Source of the DNA: Aegotheles albertisi
Lineage: Eukaryota
Direction: 5' to 3'
DNA length: 64,000 bases
NCBI GenBank assembly: GCA_039906565.1
Contig: CM078459.1
Coordinates: 18,723,066 to 18,787,065, forward strand
Part shown: positions 62,530-64,000 of the stretch, in pieces
Layout of the letters: every line of letters starts with the position of its first letter
How positions within the stretch are numbered: the stretch's first letter is position 1
Program-made: the position numbers and the translations under genes
The notes under the pieces: generated by a model
Seen by the model: only the letters and a program-made list of their open reading frames with translations
What the model was told of the DNA's origin: nothing
Databases searched by the model: none

Positions 62530-62616
62530 CAGTAATATATTTGTCTTCCTCATTTTTCAAACAATTCTGCATTTTCAGAGGCACACCTAGACCTTGTTTC
62601 CCACAGGCAGACACTT
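62530..62616 (-). CDS. CENPJ: CENPJ exon (-VSACGKQGLGVPLKMQNCLKNEEDKYIT-)
   Basis: Minus acceptor tcatcttttaagaacagtctttcag|aa, donor g|gttagt; 'NEED' segment resembles the human CENPJ N-terminal region; phase 1->1. Confidence 0.5.
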
Positions 62617-63632
62617 CTGAAAGACTGTTCTTAAAAGATGAAGTGCATTCTTTGCTGTTTAACTTTTGTAAAAAAATCACTGTCTCGTGTACGTGGAGAA
62701 ACAATCTGAGCATAAGCTCTGTCTTCAAAGTGATTCTGATACCCAGATGATGGCAACTGGTGTAAAGTTGTTAAGCCTGCTGAATGCCCAGGTATTAGCT
62801 TTTGACATTCAACCACTAGAGTATGGCCTTGAAATTAAAAGCAAAAAAAAAAATGGCCATGTGGTTGTATTTTTATTACAACAGCACTGGTCCACAGGAG
62901 AAAAGAAACGGCACTGAAGCACAAGATTCATCACCCAGTCTCCATCCTTATGTTACTGTGACTAGGCAACCTGGATTTTGTTCTCCTAATGCTATGCCCT
63001 AAATCCATTTTCTCAGGTAGATGAAAAAAAGAAAATAATTTAAGCCAGGTTGCACTGATACTGCCAACAGGAGAAAATACCCCTGATCAACTCTAAAAGC
63101 TTTTTTCAGCCCAGCACTGTCCCTCCTTTGCACACAGCAAATGAGACTGGAAAACTGATACGGGTTACCAGTGTTTGTTTTTCAATACAGGCCCATTCCC
63201 CAGTGTAGTTCAGTTCATGACCTGAACAAATTTGTGCTGCGTGAGCACAAAACAGGGAGGGACCACATCATTTAGATGAACTGACAGTTTAAAGCAACCA
63301 AAGTTTTGTGAGAAACAGTGAATCAGAAAGGAAAGCAACTGTTTGTTTTACGCTGTCCTATATTTAAAATCCATTCTTCAAAACCAGGGCTCCCCTCATA
63401 GCACATACTGATCAAGTTACAATTACAGTTGGCTTTTTATAAAAGCAGGATAGTATTCCTTCTACAGTAGCACTCAACTTTCAGGCACTGAAGCGATGCA
63501 GCATTTATCTCTGACTAATCAAGTAGTCTTAAGACGAAGAACACTGAATACACTTTCAGATTTTAACTGGAAAATGAAATTAAATTCTTCAGTTTGCTTA
63601 AAGTGCGTCATATGCTTTCTTTCTCAACTTAC

Positions 63633-63756
63633 CAAGAACCACTGTTTGGCCAGATACCATGCTAAGCAGCTTCTGCTGCTCTTCCATTAGCCTTTGAAGT
63701 TGCTCCATCTGTTGTTTCTTTAGCTGTTCCTGTTTTTGCTGTTGCAATTCCTTCAG
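63633..63756 (-). CDS. CENPJ: Probable CENPJ N-terminal coiled-coil exon ([41 protein letters not shown]-)
   Basis: Minus acceptor ttaattgaaaag|ctg, strong donor g|gtaagt; Q/E/L-rich heptads; phase 0->1 matches downstream exon; the gene continues past the window end. Confidence 0.5.
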
Positions 63757-64000
63757 CTTTTCAATTAAAAAGAAATAAATGTATTAGAGGCTAGGTTTAC
63801 TTAGAATGTACCAAGATTAGGGTCATTGAGACAAGAGGTATTTCTTGTTTTAAAGATGTTCCATTAGGTAAGTGTAACATGAAGGAAATTAAGAATTTTT
63901 ATGTCTATGAATGCACATGCTATTCTCAATCTGCCCAATTAACAGGTCCACTAGTCTTTAACTGACCAACGTGCAAACAATAGGAATCAGAACACTCATT

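Noticed and set aside
1-64000. Any prokaryotic-style system (operon, CRISPR array, defence island, phage)
   Set aside because: The sequence is vertebrate: short exons separated by GT-AG introns, AT-rich introns, CR1 LINEs, no long uninterrupted ORFs except one 1.6-kb exon and the LINE ORF2. No direct-repeat/spacer arrays, no rRNA/tRNA signatures seen.

Overview
This window is vertebrate nuclear DNA, almost certainly avian (chicken-like), not prokaryotic. The evidence is spliced genes with GT-AG introns and a dense scatter of CR1 (chicken repeat 1) LINE fragments, including the diagnostic CR1 3' end (...cactggaacaggctgcccagagaggttgtggagtc...) and ATTCTRTG terminal repeats. Two host genes lie tail-to-tail. 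(1) On the + strand, about 32 coding exons (~1500 aa) of a multi-Tudor-domain protein that I identify as RNF17/TDRD4, running from ~3.7 kb to a stop codon at 47633-47635. The N-terminal/RING exons appear to lie upstream of the window. (2) On the - strand, 15 coding exons of CENPJ/CPAP, from the stop at 50227 up to at least 63756 and continuing beyond the window end. They include the ~1.6-kb central exon, the coiled-coil exons and the C-terminal G-box (TCP10) repeat exons. RNF17 and CENPJ are also adjacent and convergent in human 13q12.12, so synteny is conserved. All exon chains were built by eye from splice consensus, conserved motifs and reading-phase continuity; phases are self-consistent across every junction listed. 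Coordinates are 1-based and should be treated as +/- a few nt. The introns contain about 15 CR1 fragments. One is a nearly full-length ORF2 (endonuclease + reverse transcriptase) copy at ~37.6-40.7 kb, interrupted by two frameshifts. I see no CRISPR array, operon, rRNA/tRNA gene or other sign of a previously undescribed biological system: this is an ordinary gene locus. The most interesting items are the young CR1 copies, a Tudor domain whose core exon I cannot find, and a tandem-acceptor junction in RNF17.
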